Source: Candidatus Asbonarchaeaceae archaeon (GTDB lineage Archaea; Nanohalarchaeota; Nanosalinia; Nanosalinales; Nanoanaerosalinaceae). Taken from it: a DNA stretch of 40,867 bases. A program made the translations under genes and the position numbers. Shown one piece after another: positions 1-8,617 of the stretch. The stretch's first letter is position 1, and each line of letters starts with the position of its first letter. The stretch is taken from positions 1 to 40,867 of the forward strand of contig JAXINT010000063.1 in NCBI GenBank assembly GCA_034190605.1, in the 5' to 3' direction. The notes under the pieces were generated by a model. It made no database searches. It was not told the origin of the DNA and was given only the letters and a program-made list of their open reading frames with translations.

Positions 1-45
1 GCTCCCTGCATGTGCGTGCTGGTCGTATCCGTCTCTCTCTTTATG
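1..45. repeat. Left copy of imperfect terminal direct repeat
   Basis: Bases 1-45 match 40823-40867 at 43 of 45 positions (mismatches at repeat positions 14 and 33). Both copies lie in the same minus-strand reading frame (..IKR[E/D]TDTTST[H/N]MQGA..). Confidence 0.9.
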
Positions 46-3000
46 TCTCGAAGCCGCTCTGTCAGCCGTAGAGGCCTGTTGGCGAGGTGCAGTACAGTTC
101 CTTCGGCTCCGGATGCACGGTTGATGTCCATTCCTACGACTCTGAACTCGTTGTTGACGTCCATCGCTGTCAGGTCTTTCGCGGTTACAGTGTCGCCGAG
201 CTCGATCTCTTTCGTGGTTCGTGGATCAGTAGGCTTAATCTGGACTCTGAAGATGTCCTGCCGCCGATCCTTCAGTTCGTTGTCAGCAACTTTCTCCAGA
301 GTTGACTTGTTGATGATGGTTCTGTCGGTGACTTTTTCCTCCCTGACTCCGTAGGTGTCGATGCTTGAACCTGCTTCCGCACCGCTTTTCGTAGGCTTGA
401 ATGGGCCGATACCCTGCGTCACGTTTTCCTGAAGCCAGACCTGAATACTCTTGTAATGCGTGATTACCTCGGTGCTGTTCCCGTTGTAGTCGTTCGCACC
501 TCTGCTGGAGATGTCGACCTGGTTGTTCGTGACGTCTAAAGTGCCTTCTATGACTTCCGTACCGACTCTCACATGGACTGTGTCACCGTCGGCTCCGAGC
601 TGAGAGGCATCCTTTACGTCTAAGCTCGTGGTGTCTGTGTCTTTCAGTCTTTCTGCCGTGACTGTCCTATGTGTCGAGGCTGCAAAGACGTGAGCCTCTA
701 ACTGGTTGACACCATCTCCACGGCCCAGCATCGTAATATCGTTTGCGACATGCTCCGTATCCTTATTTCTCTCCACCATTCTGGCGTTGTTCCCGATGTC
801 GTACGTCTTCTGGCTGGTCGAGCTTCCTTTCCGCGCCACGAAGTTAAGGTAGTCCTTATCGTAGCCCTCCGATTTTTTCTGAGAGATGTACCAGTCGTAG
901 CCTACAGCGTTCGCTGTACCTGCTATCGCCCGAAGTTTGTTGTCGTGGTCGAACCGGAGGCTGGCTACAGGAGCGTTTTCAATCGTTCCTTCCTGCATTA
1001 TCTCGGTCGTAACAAGCTGTTTGACGATGTCGTCCGCTCCGGTATTGTTGTACTCGACCCGCGGAGTTTTCCTGTTAAGTAGCTTCACCTCCATTCCGAA
1101 GCCTTCGCACTTCGCCTTGAAGTTCGACTCGTACTCGACGTTGTTGAGACGGCCTTTAAACAAGAGGTTGTCGGTTCCCTCGAATATTTCGACCGTCGCG
1201 CCCTCTTGGAGAAGTGCTCGGTCGTTGCTGTCCTCGATGAAGGCCTCGAACTCGATATCGTTCATCTCGTTCAACCGTTTCTTGACCTTGATGTTGGCGT
1301 ATTTCTTGTACTCGGTGCCGTCGATGTAGACTGTGACCGCTCCAGGTCTTCCGTGAGCGATGTACGTGTCTTCGACGAAGTTCTGGTCGGTACGGCTTTT
1401 TACAACGGTGTCTACGGTATAAGTGACTTCGAGGCCTGAATCCTGTATTGCTGTATCCCATGCCCCTGTGGCTTCGACATCCAGTGTTTCGAGCACGGTG
1501 TCGAAGGTTGCTGCGGCTTCCTGATTTTCAGCCTTTAAAACAGTGTCATGAGTGGTATTGACCTCGATGTCCGCATCCTGAACCACTGAGTCGATGTTCA
1601 GCGAGGTCTCCTTATCCAGCTTCTTCAGCGCTGCGTCAACTACAGCGTTTTTCTCCGCATCAAGATTCTCAAGAACAGTGTCATGTGTGGTTGAAACCTC
1701 TGACTGTTTCATTATAACAGCGTCCTCAGTCAGAGAGGCTTCAAGATCGCTGTTCTGAATCGCTGTATCTATCGTAGCTTGAGTCTCTGCGTCAAGATTT
1801 TTCAAGACTACGTCATGTGTTGTCTGCGTCTTCAGATCGGCTTGTAGAACAGCGTCATGTATTGACTGCACCTCGACGTCTCTGTTCTGAATCACTGCGT
1901 CCTCTGTAGCTGCGGTCTCTTTGTCCTCTACTTGGATTGCTGCGTCGTGAGCCGTAGCTGTTTCAGCACCTAGGTTCTTTAATACGGCGTCGTGAGTCGA
2001 AGAAACTGTTTTTATCTTGACAGCCGCCTGCTGACTGAAGAATGTGTGCCCGCCGAGCGGCGAGGCTTCATATCTGGCCGTAATCTCGTCCTGTGTAAGT
2101 TCTGAAGTCCAGAACTGCCACATATCCATGTCTCCTTGATGCGGCCCTAAAACATCTGCATCGGCTGTTCCGTCCGCAAATCCCATCAGTCCGAGCGGAT
2201 TTGAGTTCCATGCTGATACCGAAGGGTCGTAAGAAGCTGTGCTGGCCGAAGGCGACTGTTCTGTACCGTCAATATAGAGTTTTAGATCGCCGCTCCAGTT
2301 CAGGACGACTGTTATCATGTGCCAGTTGCCGTCAAATACCCCGGTGTTATCATAGGTTTCAGAATACCTGTCACTGAAGTTTCCTGTGTCGTCGGTTATT
2401 GTAAGACCTATAGAGCCTGAAGAAGAGGTAACATTTACGGTGTCGTGGTTTGAACGAACATCTATCCTGTTGGTAGAGTTGCCGCTCTCTCTACGCCCTA
2501 TTTGCCAGTTGTTGCTGGATTCAGTTGTTTTTATGAAGTAGTTGAACGTCCAAGCCGTATAGTTATCAGGGTTTATTCCTCCGTAGTTCGTGGCTTGTAT
2601 CCAGTCGTCAGTTCCGTCGGCGCTGTGGCCTTCGCCTATCTGCCCCGCGACTTCTCTTGTGATTCCTACTCCGTCGCCGTCGTAATTGTTGCCTGAGTAG
2701 TCGACGACAGGGTCGGAGGCCTCGTTATGGAAGAAAGTCTGATGGTTGTCCGTCTCGTTCGAGAATACTGTGGTTGTCTGCCTGTCGGTATTGGCAGAGT
2801 TGTTTCCGTAGGCAACTCTTATCTGTTCTGAGCCGTCTCTGACGTAGGAGCTGTAGACGTGTATGTAGACTGAGTTCGTGGTGCCTATGTCTTCAGGGTT
2901 TTCGATCTGGTAAGGTGCTAGCTGCCACCCGCCGGAGCCGTCAGGCTCATAGACTCCAATGTCCTGTGCATCAGCACATATTGATTCGTCATAGCCCCAT

Positions 3001-3131
3001 GCGCCCGTACCTGTAGTTGATTCGGCGACAGAAGGGTCTAGTTCTATAGTAAGAGTCCTGTTTATCGTTGGAGAACCTGACTTGCTTGTTACATCTCCGT
3101 CTTTGTACTTGTCATAGTCTGTGTACGGCAT
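1..3131 (-). CDS. Tail hub/fibre multidomain protein (LamG-like lectin domain, 14-15 aa repeat rod, Tal/prophage-tail-like domain); 3' end open at left window edge
   Basis: ATG at 3131..3129 abuts the stop of 3132..3494 and has GGAGGGAG 6-7 nt upstream. My hand translation finds no stop down to base 1, which explains its absence from the ORF track. 'GNWHMITVVLNWSGDLKLYIDGTEQ...DMWQFWTSELTQDEITARYE' is a LamG/ConA-like signature. Later segments ('LLFKGRLNNVEYES', 'AVGYDWYISQ', 'ITMLGRGDG', 'FRVVGMDINR') resemble siphovirus Tal / prophage-tail N-terminal domains. Confidence 0.8.
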   Translation of the reverse strand, partial: MPYTDYDKYKDGDVTSKSGSPTINRTLTIELDPSVAESTTGTGAWGYDESICADAQDIGVYEPDGSGGWQLAPYQIENPEDIGTTNSVYIHVYSSYVRDGSEQIRVAYGNNSANTDRQTTTVFSNETDNHQTFFHNEASDPVVDYSGNNYDGDGVGITREVAGQIGEGHSADGTDDWIQATNYGGINPDNYTAWTFNYFIKTTESSNNWQIGRRESGNSTNRIDVRSNHDTVNVTSSSGSIGLTITDDTGNFSDRYSETYDNTGVFDGNWHMITVVLNWSGDLKLYIDGTEQSPSASTASYDPSVSAWNSNPLGLMGFADGTADADVLGPHQGDMDMWQFWTSELTQDEITARYEASPLGGHTFFSQQAAVKIKTVSSTHDAVLKNLGAETATAHDAAIQVEDKETAATEDAVIQNRDVEVQSIHDAVLQADLKTQTTHDVVLKNLDAETQATIDTAIQNSDLEASLTEDAVIMKQSEVSTTHDTVLENLDAEKNAVVDAALKKLDKETSLNIDSVVQDADIEVNTTHDTVLKAENQEAAATFDTVLETLDVEATGAWDTAIQDSGLEVTYTVDTVVKSRTDQNFVEDTYIAHGRPGAVTVYIDGTEYKKYANIKVKKRLNEMNDIEFEAFIEDSNDRALLQEGATVEIFEGTDNLLFKGRLNNVEYESNFKAKCEGFGMEVKLLNRKTPRVEYNNTGADDIVKQLVTTEIMQEGTIENAPVASLRFDHDNKLRAIAGTANAVGYDWYISQKKSEGYDKDYLNFVARKGSSTSQKTYDIGNNARMVERNKDTEHVANDITMLGRGDGVNQLEAHVFAASTHRTVTAERLKDTDTTSLDVKDASQLGADGDTVHVRVGTEVIEGTLDVTNNQVDISSRGANDYNGNSTEVITHYKSIQVWLQENVTQGIGPFKPTKSGAEAGSSIDTYGVREEKVTDRTIINKSTLEKVADNELKDRRQDIFRVQIKPTDPRTTKEIELGDTVTAKDLTAMDVNNEFRVVGMDINRASGAEGTVLHLANRPLRLTERLRDIKRETDTTSTHMQG
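1425..2010 (-). repeat. About 13 tandem 42-45 bp (14-15 aa) repeats inside the fibre ORF
   Basis: The translated repeat has the pattern T-H/x-D-x-V/A-L/I-x-N/x-L/x-D-x-E-x-x-x, e.g. THDVVLKNLDAETQA / TIDTAIQNSDLEASL / TEDAVIMKQSEVST / THDTVLENLDAEKNA. The recurring forward-strand string gtcatg / gtcgtg is spaced 42, 132 and 135 nt apart. Confidence 0.8.
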
Positions 3132-3494
3132 TTAGACTCCCTCCGGTACGCTGCCGCCGCTGTTTTCGTAGTTCCATACGCAGTGTGCGTCAGGTTTTTG
3201 GTCATGGTTACATTCATGCCATCGGACTCTCCACCATGAGAAATCTTTGGAGAGCTCCTTCTCGATCTGATCCGTTAAATCCTTTTTCGTCTTCGATTTG
3301 TCTTTCTCAGTTAGCGAGACGATGAACTCTCCTCTGTAGTGTTCTGTGCTCCCTGAAAGGTCTGTCCGGTCGAAGGGTGCGTTCTGCTTCGGTAATTTCT
3401 CCCCGTACTTGGATTTAAGCCCGGATATTTTGTTCTTCACTTTCTGCTGAGGGCCGTCTGTAGAGCTTACTATTTCGATGCGGTGAACGGTCAC
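3132..3494 (-). CDS. Hypothetical tail-tip module protein (120 aa)
   Basis: Complete ORF. The GTG start overlaps the upstream stop (GTGA) and its stop abuts the fibre ATG, so it is tightly coupled within the late operon. Confidence 0.6.
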   Translation of the reverse strand: MTVHRIEIVSSTDGPQQKVKNKISGLKSKYGEKLPKQNAPFDRTDLSGSTEHYRGEFIVSLTEKDKSKTKKDLTDQIEKELSKDFSWWRVRWHECNHDQKPDAHCVWNYENSGGSVPEGV

Positions 3495-4018
3495 TGGTAC
3501 TCACCTCGAAACTTTTCAGCCCGTCTCTTCGTGAATTTCCGTTTGTAGGTTTCCATGTCGAGCTCCGAGTCGTCCGAGACTAGGATTTCGTCTTCTTCGT
3601 CAAGCGTGTCTAAGTCCGCTATGTAGCAGTATTTGTCGTTTCTGCGGATGACGTAGCAGATTCGTCTGACTGTTCCTGCGTACGCGATCAACTGGCTGTA
3701 TCCTCGGCGAAACAGCTCTGCATCAAGACTGCCTGAGTCGGTTCGAGTGCCGACTGTCGCCTTCCGACCGTCACTAGGAACCCAGTAAAGCCCGACAAGT
3801 TCGTCTCTATCGGCAAGCTCACGTACTTCAGAGTATTCTCGTTCGTTGCCCTTGCCATCGTACTGGCAGATGTAGTCTCCGCTGTCAGTTTCAGCTACCC
3901 AGAAGTAGTCGAGCTCCATCTGATCTTGCTCCGAAGCCTGTGAAAAGTGGTTTCTAAAGCTGTCACTAGGTTCGTCGAACGTGTCGAATACAGTTCCTTC
4001 TAACTTGGTCGTGTCCAT
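3491..4018 (-). CDS. Hypothetical tail-tip module protein (175 aa)
   Basis: Complete acidic ORF with AGGTGG about 8 nt upstream of the ATG. A small hairpin (gccgctgaaacggc) lies in the upstream spacer. Confidence 0.6.
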   Translation of the reverse strand: MDTTKLEGTVFDTFDEPSDSFRNHFSQASEQDQMELDYFWVAETDSGDYICQYDGKGNEREYSEVRELADRDELVGLYWVPSDGRKATVGTRTDSGSLDAELFRRGYSQLIAYAGTVRRICYVIRRNDKYCYIADLDTLDEEDEILVSDDSELDMETYKRKFTKRRAEKFRGEYQ

Positions 4019-4055
4019 GATGCTTTTCCACCTGTTCTAAGCCGTTTCAGCGGCT

Positions 4056-4628
4056 TTAAATCTCGTCGTATCGGAACGTGAAGGTCTCGTCCGACTGAAT
4101 CCCTGATGTTGCGTCAGTGTCAACGTCTGTCTGAAGAACGACAGCCTTCGTCGAAGTCGAAGTCGTGTAAGTGTTCGAGTCGATTGTTGCTGGACTCGAA
4201 GATGTGTCGTTCGTGACGTTGACCTCTGGTGTTGACTGTCCGCTGTAGTAGCTGTGGTTCGCTCCCAAGTCGTCTCCCGTGGTACCGATTGTTCCTGTTG
4301 CTACGTTGTAGTTGGCTTCTGGGCATCCTTCGTCGCCTGTGTCTCTGGCGCCTCTAACCACTTGTCCATTCGTTCCTAGGCTCCATCCGATTGAGCCGTC
4401 GGTGTAGAAACGGATGTTTGAGACTTCGTCGAAAGTACCTGAGATTGCCAGTGCGACGTGCTGCCAGAACGAGTAGTTGATACCCGAATCCGGGATAATC
4501 AGCGGGTTAGATGTGTCTATAAGGTCAGGGTTGTCGTCAGTTCTGAATCTGAGCGTGCTCGCCGTTGTCTTGTTCGGTGAGCCGTCAGACCCTCCGCTCC
4601 AAAACTCTATATTAACTGTTGCGGCCAT
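4056..4628 (-). CDS. Hypothetical virion protein (190 aa), Thr/Ser/Asp-rich C-terminal half
   Basis: Complete ORF with its own TATA box 22 nt upstream. Located in the tail module downstream of the tape measure gene. Confidence 0.6.
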   Translation of the reverse strand: MAATVNIEFWSGGSDGSPNKTTASTLRFRTDDNPDLIDTSNPLIIPDSGINYSFWQHVALAISGTFDEVSNIRFYTDGSIGWSLGTNGQVVRGARDTGDEGCPEANYNVATGTIGTTGDDLGANHSYYSGQSTPEVNVTNDTSSSPATIDSNTYTTSTSTKAVVLQTDVDTDATSGIQSDETFTFRYDEI

Positions 4629-4649
4629 AGTTTCACCTGCGTAATATTC

Positions 4650-4658
4650 GTTTAAAAG
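4650..4658 (-). promoter_or_regulatory. TATA box for leaderless transcript of 4056..4628
   Basis: Coding-strand CTTTTAAAC ends 22 nt upstream of the ATG at 4628. Confidence 0.5.
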
Positions 4659-4659
4659 G

Positions 4660-5118
4660 TTACGAGGTCATCGGCACCGACTTCAGGAAAGTGATGTTGT
4701 ACTGGTAGACCGATGCGTCCGAGTTCGGGTTGTGCTTCTCGTTCTTGTTCACCATGTAGCCTTCAATCGTCTTGTCGCCTTCGCTGCCGTCCTGCTGCGT
4801 GATAATCAAGCGTAGATGGTCTCCGGATTTATACATGGTGTCGAGCTTGTTCACCATCTCCTCGACCGAAGCGTAGTTGTTGAGGCCTTCAGCGATCTCG
4901 TCGTTGATCTTCGTCTTCAGCTTCCAGGTCTCCTTTATCTGGTTCAGGTTGAGAGCTCTTCTCTCAGGGTTGCCACCCTGCTGGTCAGGCTTCGCAAAGC
5001 TCGACAGCTTGTTCTGCTGGTCACGAGTGATCTCGCCGGATACACCCATCTCTATAACTTCTCCGGACGCAGGGTTCTTCAGTTCTACCGTTTTCGGGTG
5101 TGATTCTGGTTTGACCAT
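4660..5118 (-). CDS. Hypothetical tail protein (152 aa), distal-tail-protein position
   Basis: Complete ORF that starts 2 nt after the tape-measure stop. The call rests on position only. Confidence 0.55.
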   Translation of the reverse strand: MVKPESHPKTVELKNPASGEVIEMGVSGEITRDQQNKLSSFAKPDQQGGNPERRALNLNQIKETWKLKTKINDEIAEGLNNYASVEEMVNKLDTMYKSGDHLRLIITQQDGSEGDKTIEGYMVNKNEKHNPNSDASVYQYNITFLKSVPMTS

Positions 5119-5119
5119 T

Positions 5120-6478
5120 CTATATCAAGCTCCTCGATCTTTGATCCTGTTCAAGTCTTCTTTCGATTTCGTCTATAAGGCTTTCGACGTCGACGTCGTT
5201 GTTCAGTTCAGGGTTTTCGATGGTGATGCTGACCTGTCCGCCTCCGCCACCTAGTGCCTGCGGGTTCTCTGTTCCTATAATTGTGTCCTGTGCGGAAGGC
5301 TGAATTATTTTTCCGTCGCTTGTAACTACGAAGTCGTTGGCGGAGATGATGTCTGTAATGTTGCCGACTAGGTCTCCTGCAAAGTTCGATACTCCTTTGG
5401 CGGCTGATGCCAGAGGCCCTGGTAGCACGTTCCAGAAAGCGTTCGCTATCATCGAACCCATCGACTTAATACCTTGTATTACTCCGTCTACTAGGTCTTT
5501 ACCGAACTGTTTGCCTGCGTTGATGACTGTGGAGCCCGCGTTCTTAATCCAGCTAACAACGCCGCCTACAATATTCTTTATTCCGTTCCAGGCGGCTGCG
5601 AACGCTCCTCCTATAAAGTCGACCACGCCTTGAAGAGCAGATATTATCTGGTTCTTGAAGTTCCAGATGATTGCCAAGGCCGCTCCTACAGCTACAGCGA
5701 TTCCTACGGGCACGGATGCTACTGCTGCTATAACGGCTCCGATTGCTATAAGCACTGCTCCGACCACGAGGCCTACCGTTTTCCCGAACAGCATGAAAGC
5801 TCCATGTACTATGCCGAACGCTGACACGACTATGGCTGCTAGTGTCGATATGACTGCTATCATGCCTTTAAGTGATAGCATGGCGAAGCTGCCTACCGCA
5901 GCCCACGCCTGGAAAGCTGTTATTACCGTTCCTATAATCCCTATGACCGACATGATGAGGCTGCCGATGTTCAGTATGGCCATCGAAAGCACGCCAAACA
6001 GTGTGAGAACTACGGCAAGAATCGTTCCGAGGATCACTATTTTCGAGAAAAGTTTTCTCGTCGACTTGTCCATGTTTAGGAACGCTTTCTGAGCTTTCAT
6101 AATGTGAGGCATCAGCATACGTGTCGCCGGTATAAGAGCGGTAGAAATCGCTCCGGCAAGACCTCTCAGAGCTCCGCCGAGGCCAGGTGTCAGCGACAGT
6201 ATCATGCCGAACATGAATGCAAGGTTCATACCTGTAAACATGATGCCGAGCATCCGCATATTCAGGGCTTGCATCGACCGTGAAAGGCTTCTGGCGGAAA
6301 CCTCGCTCTGAGCAAATCTTCTCTGAAGCAGACCCATTCTAGCTGTCAGGCCACCGATTCTTCCCTGAGCTCTTGTCGAGAATTTAGAGATACGTCTCTG
6401 TGCAACTCTCAAGGCGGCCAGTTCCTTGATGTCTACGTTGACCTTCAGGAAGATGTCGAGCGTGTTTCCAAGTACCAT
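5120..6478 (-). CDS. Tape measure protein (452 aa)
   Basis: Lies immediately downstream of the chaperone G/GT pair. It has an N-terminal helical region and then long Gly/Ala/Ile/Val-rich hydrophobic stretches ('GAVLIAIGAVIAAVASVPVGIAVAVGAALAII'), as is typical of tape measure proteins. Confidence 0.75.
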   Translation of the reverse strand: MVLGNTLDIFLKVNVDIKELAALRVAQRRISKFSTRAQGRIGGLTARMGLLQRRFAQSEVSARSLSRSMQALNMRMLGIMFTGMNLAFMFGMILSLTPGLGGALRGLAGAISTALIPATRMLMPHIMKAQKAFLNMDKSTRKLFSKIVILGTILAVVLTLFGVLSMAILNIGSLIMSVIGIIGTVITAFQAWAAVGSFAMLSLKGMIAVISTLAAIVVSAFGIVHGAFMLFGKTVGLVVGAVLIAIGAVIAAVASVPVGIAVAVGAALAIIWNFKNQIISALQGVVDFIGGAFAAAWNGIKNIVGGVVSWIKNAGSTVINAGKQFGKDLVDGVIQGIKSMGSMIANAFWNVLPGPLASAAKGVSNFAGDLVGNITDIISANDFVVTSDGKIIQPSAQDTIIGTENPQALGGGGGQVSITIENPELNNDVDVESLIDEIERRLEQDQRSRSLI

Positions 6479-6483
6479 GGGTT

Positions 6484-6768
6484 TTATGCCTTGCGTTCAG
6501 CTTTCCGTTGTTTTCGTTCCATCTCTTTCTGCTTCTTCCTCTTCCTCTCTGCTTCTTCTTCGAGGCGTTCAAGCGTGTAGGAGGTTCTGATGAACTTTTC
6601 GTCCATTACTTCTTGCCAGGTATAGTCAAGTTTCCGGACTAACTGGTAGAAGGCTTCGTCGAGACCGACTTCCTTCTTGTCGCCAGCGGTTCCGGAGTCT
6701 CGAAACTTTTGCTTGATTGAGTCTATACCTAGCTGTTCATCATTTCTTCGAGCTCCTCCTCGGAAAAA
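6484..6768 (-). CDS. -1 frame extension (T part) of the tail assembly chaperone, giving a GT fusion of about 196 aa
   Basis: The -1 frame relative to 6729..7073 is open from 6828 to the TAA at 6486..6484. It has no canonical start before an internal ATG. The run GAT TTT TCC (T5 at 6764-6768) could support a slip. The product '..IDSIKQKFRDSGTAGDKKEVGLDEAFYQLVRKLDYTWQEVMDEKF..' looks protein-like and ends 5 nt before the tape-measure ATG. Confidence 0.55.
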   Translation of the reverse strand, partial: FFRGGARRNDEQLGIDSIKQKFRDSGTAGDKKEVGLDEAFYQLVRKLDYTWQEVMDEKFIRTSYTLERLEEEAERKRKKQKEMERKQRKAERKA

Positions 6769-7073
6769 TCGAGGCCGTTCACCTCCTGCACAGTGTTCAT
6801 CATCGGTAAAAGGTTTCCTTTCGACTTCTTAACCTCTTCTGCCGTGACATCAAAGCCTTCGTTCTTGCTGATAGTCATGGCGATCAGTTCGAGGATGAAG
6901 TCAAAGTCGTCTTGACCTTTTCTTTCCGCCTTCACCGCTGATTTCAGGATTTTTTCGTTGTCGAGTGGTTCAAACGTCAGCTCCACGTCGTTGATAGTGA
7001 GCGTGGATGCTTCCGGAACCAGCTTTTCCATGTCCGATTTTTCGGACTTGTTCTTTTCTGCCATAGTGTTCAC
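6729..7073 (-). CDS. Tail assembly chaperone (G-like, 114 aa)
   Basis: Small acidic ORF directly upstream of the tape measure gene, with an ATGA overlap with 7070..7411 and an open -1 frame downstream. Confidence 0.6.
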   Translation of the reverse strand: MNTMAEKNKSEKSDMEKLVPEASTLTINDVELTFEPLDNEKILKSAVKAERKGQDDFDFILELIAMTISKNEGFDVTAEEVKKSKGNLLPMMNTVQEVNGLDFSEEELEEMMNS

Positions 7074-7411
7074 CCGATAGTATCTAGTCCGTCATTATCG
7101 TCTTCCTCTGCCTCGTTAATAAGGCTGTTGAGCTGCTGCTCCAGTTTCTCCACCCTTTGCTGTAGCTCGGAGAAAAGGGAGTGCATCTCGTCTCTGACGT
7201 TTTCACGCTCCCAGAGGAAGGTTATCGCCATTCCGTAGTCTCCTGCAAAGTTTTCGTCCGCGAAGTCTTTGATCTCGCTGGAGACGTCTCTTGGAAGACG
7301 GTTGACGTGGAAGTCAACCGGGTCTGGTTTTCCTTCAAACTTGTCTTTGATGTCGTCGATGTCGGCTTCGTCGCCGACTGTTCTTTTGTTCTGTTCTGTC
7401 ATGCTTATCAC
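7070..7411 (-). CDS. Hypothetical small acidic tail-module protein (113 aa)
   Basis: Complete ORF between the major tail protein and the chaperone. It has a coiled-coil-like C-terminus. Confidence 0.55.
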   Translation of the reverse strand: MISMTEQNKRTVGDEADIDDIKDKFEGKPDPVDFHVNRLPRDVSSEIKDFADENFAGDYGMAITFLWERENVRDEMHSLFSELQQRVEKLEQQLNSLINEAEEDDNDGLDTIG

Positions 7412-7445
7412 GTAGTAAAATATAGAAGGAGAGGAGGGTGCAGCT

Positions 7446-8051
7446 TTAGTAGCTGCTGAGTGCGTCCAGCTTCTCTGAGCTGTCGCCTGTGTACTCCTGC
7501 TCCCTGACGTTTGAGTTCGCCGAGTCGTCGAACGGCGACGCCACGAAAGTTACTTCCACTTCGAGCACCTTGTCGTCGAAGTTCGGCTCGTACTCTGTAA
7601 GCTGTGCGTCCTCCATTATCCATCTGTACGCCTGGACTGAGGAGTCAGCGCCTACAGAGCCGCTTGCCGATGTGACGTTCGAGTCGTTGGTGAAGAGCAC
7701 GGCGATTCTGAAGTCGTCTCTGGCGTGACTTGTCTTGAACTCGTACACCGTTGACTTGGTGCTTTGGTCGCTTGAGCCGTGGAACCACTCGCCGATTCCT
7801 GTTCCTTCTGCCGTGGAGACTCCTGTAATGTAGAGTGTTCCTGTGAACTCGAAGTCTTCCTGTGCGGATCGTTCTCTCATCCGTCCGCCGTTCAGGAGCG
7901 GTGTGCCTTCGACGTCCTTGGCTCCGCCCGTCCATCCGATCTCGCTGAGGTTAGCTTCAAACTGTACCTCGGTTCCGCCTTTCGGCGTTACGGATACCAG
8001 GGCTTTTTCCTGCCAAGATGCGTCTTGCAGGACTGATGGGCCTGTTGCCAT
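7446..8051 (-). CDS. Major tail protein (201 aa)
   Basis: Its position (neck genes, this ORF, chaperones, tape measure) fits the siphovirus order. A strong SD (GGAGGTGAC) lies about 9 nt upstream of the ATG. Confidence 0.6.
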   Translation of the reverse strand: MATGPSVLQDASWQEKALVSVTPKGGTEVQFEANLSEIGWTGGAKDVEGTPLLNGGRMRERSAQEDFEFTGTLYITGVSTAEGTGIGEWFHGSSDQSTKSTVYEFKTSHARDDFRIAVLFTNDSNVTSASGSVGADSSVQAYRWIMEDAQLTEYEPNFDDKVLEVEVTFVASPFDDSANSNVREQEYTGDSSEKLDALSSY

Positions 8052-8123
8052 AGTTAGTTGTCACCTCCTGTAGTGTTTTTTCTAGGTTTTAGGTGCTCTT
8101 CCGTGGTTTCTGTTCGCTTCCGC

Positions 8124-8156
8124 GACTCGTTGTTTTGTCGAGTCATAATATAGTTT
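8124..8156 (-). promoter_or_regulatory. Hairpin plus TATA-like element in the neck / major-tail spacer
   Basis: Minus strand reads AAACTATATTATGAC followed by GACTCG-acaaaacaa-CGAGTC (6-bp stem, 8124-8144), just after the stop at 8157. Confidence 0.3.
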
Positions 8157-8615
8157 TTACAACCTCGTCTTCCTCTTTATTTTAACTGTGGCTTTTTCGT
8201 CCGCCGTCTTCATCAACGGTCTAAACGCTCCGTTGATCCATGGATTCGGCCTGGTACCAGTTTCTTCGATTGCTTTCGCAAGCAGGTTGGGTGGGATGCC
8301 TCTGCTTTCCGCCCAGACGATCAATCGGTTGTTGAGAGGTGGCCGATGTGGTCTCGTACCTGTGTCTACGAACTTCAGGTATTTCATGCCGAGGAGGCTG
8401 TATTCGTAGGTTCCGGTTTGCTGAACTGTCAGGCTGTGAATACCTTGGCTGGTTCCTATGCTTCCTTGACGCCTCAAGGCTCTCTGAGCTCTGTCCTTGG
8501 CGTCTTCTGCTATGTCTCTAACTACTTCGTCGCTGACACCTCTCACTTCTTTGTGTATCTTCTTTAGACCTCTTATTGCTTCTGAGACGTCGGATTCAAG
8601 GTCTATCAGAGACAT
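8157..8615 (-). CDS. HK97 gp10-like neck / tail-completion protein (152 aa)
   Basis: I prefer the ATG at 8615, 2 nt after the upstream stop. The track's longer N-terminus overlaps 8618..9118 and is Arg/Gln-rich junk. 'KYLKFVDTGTRPHRPP...WAESRGIPP' resembles the HK97 gp10 family. Confidence 0.55.
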   Translation of the reverse strand: MSLIDLESDVSEAIRGLKKIHKEVRGVSDEVVRDIAEDAKDRAQRALRRQGSIGTSQGIHSLTVQQTGTYEYSLLGMKYLKFVDTGTRPHRPPLNNRLIVWAESRGIPPNLLAKAIEETGTRPNPWINGAFRPLMKTADEKATVKIKRKTRL

Positions 8616-8617
8616 GG

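Noticed and set aside
10-354. Plus-strand ORFs at the left edge (10..354, 87..305) and others inside 750..2696
   Set aside because: They are antisense or shadow ORFs within the uninterrupted minus-strand hub/fibre reading frame.
5337-6092. Plus-strand ORFs inside the tape measure gene (5337..5633, 5630..5824, 5655..6092)
   Set aside because: They are shadow ORFs of the Gly/Ala/Ile-rich tape measure coding strand.
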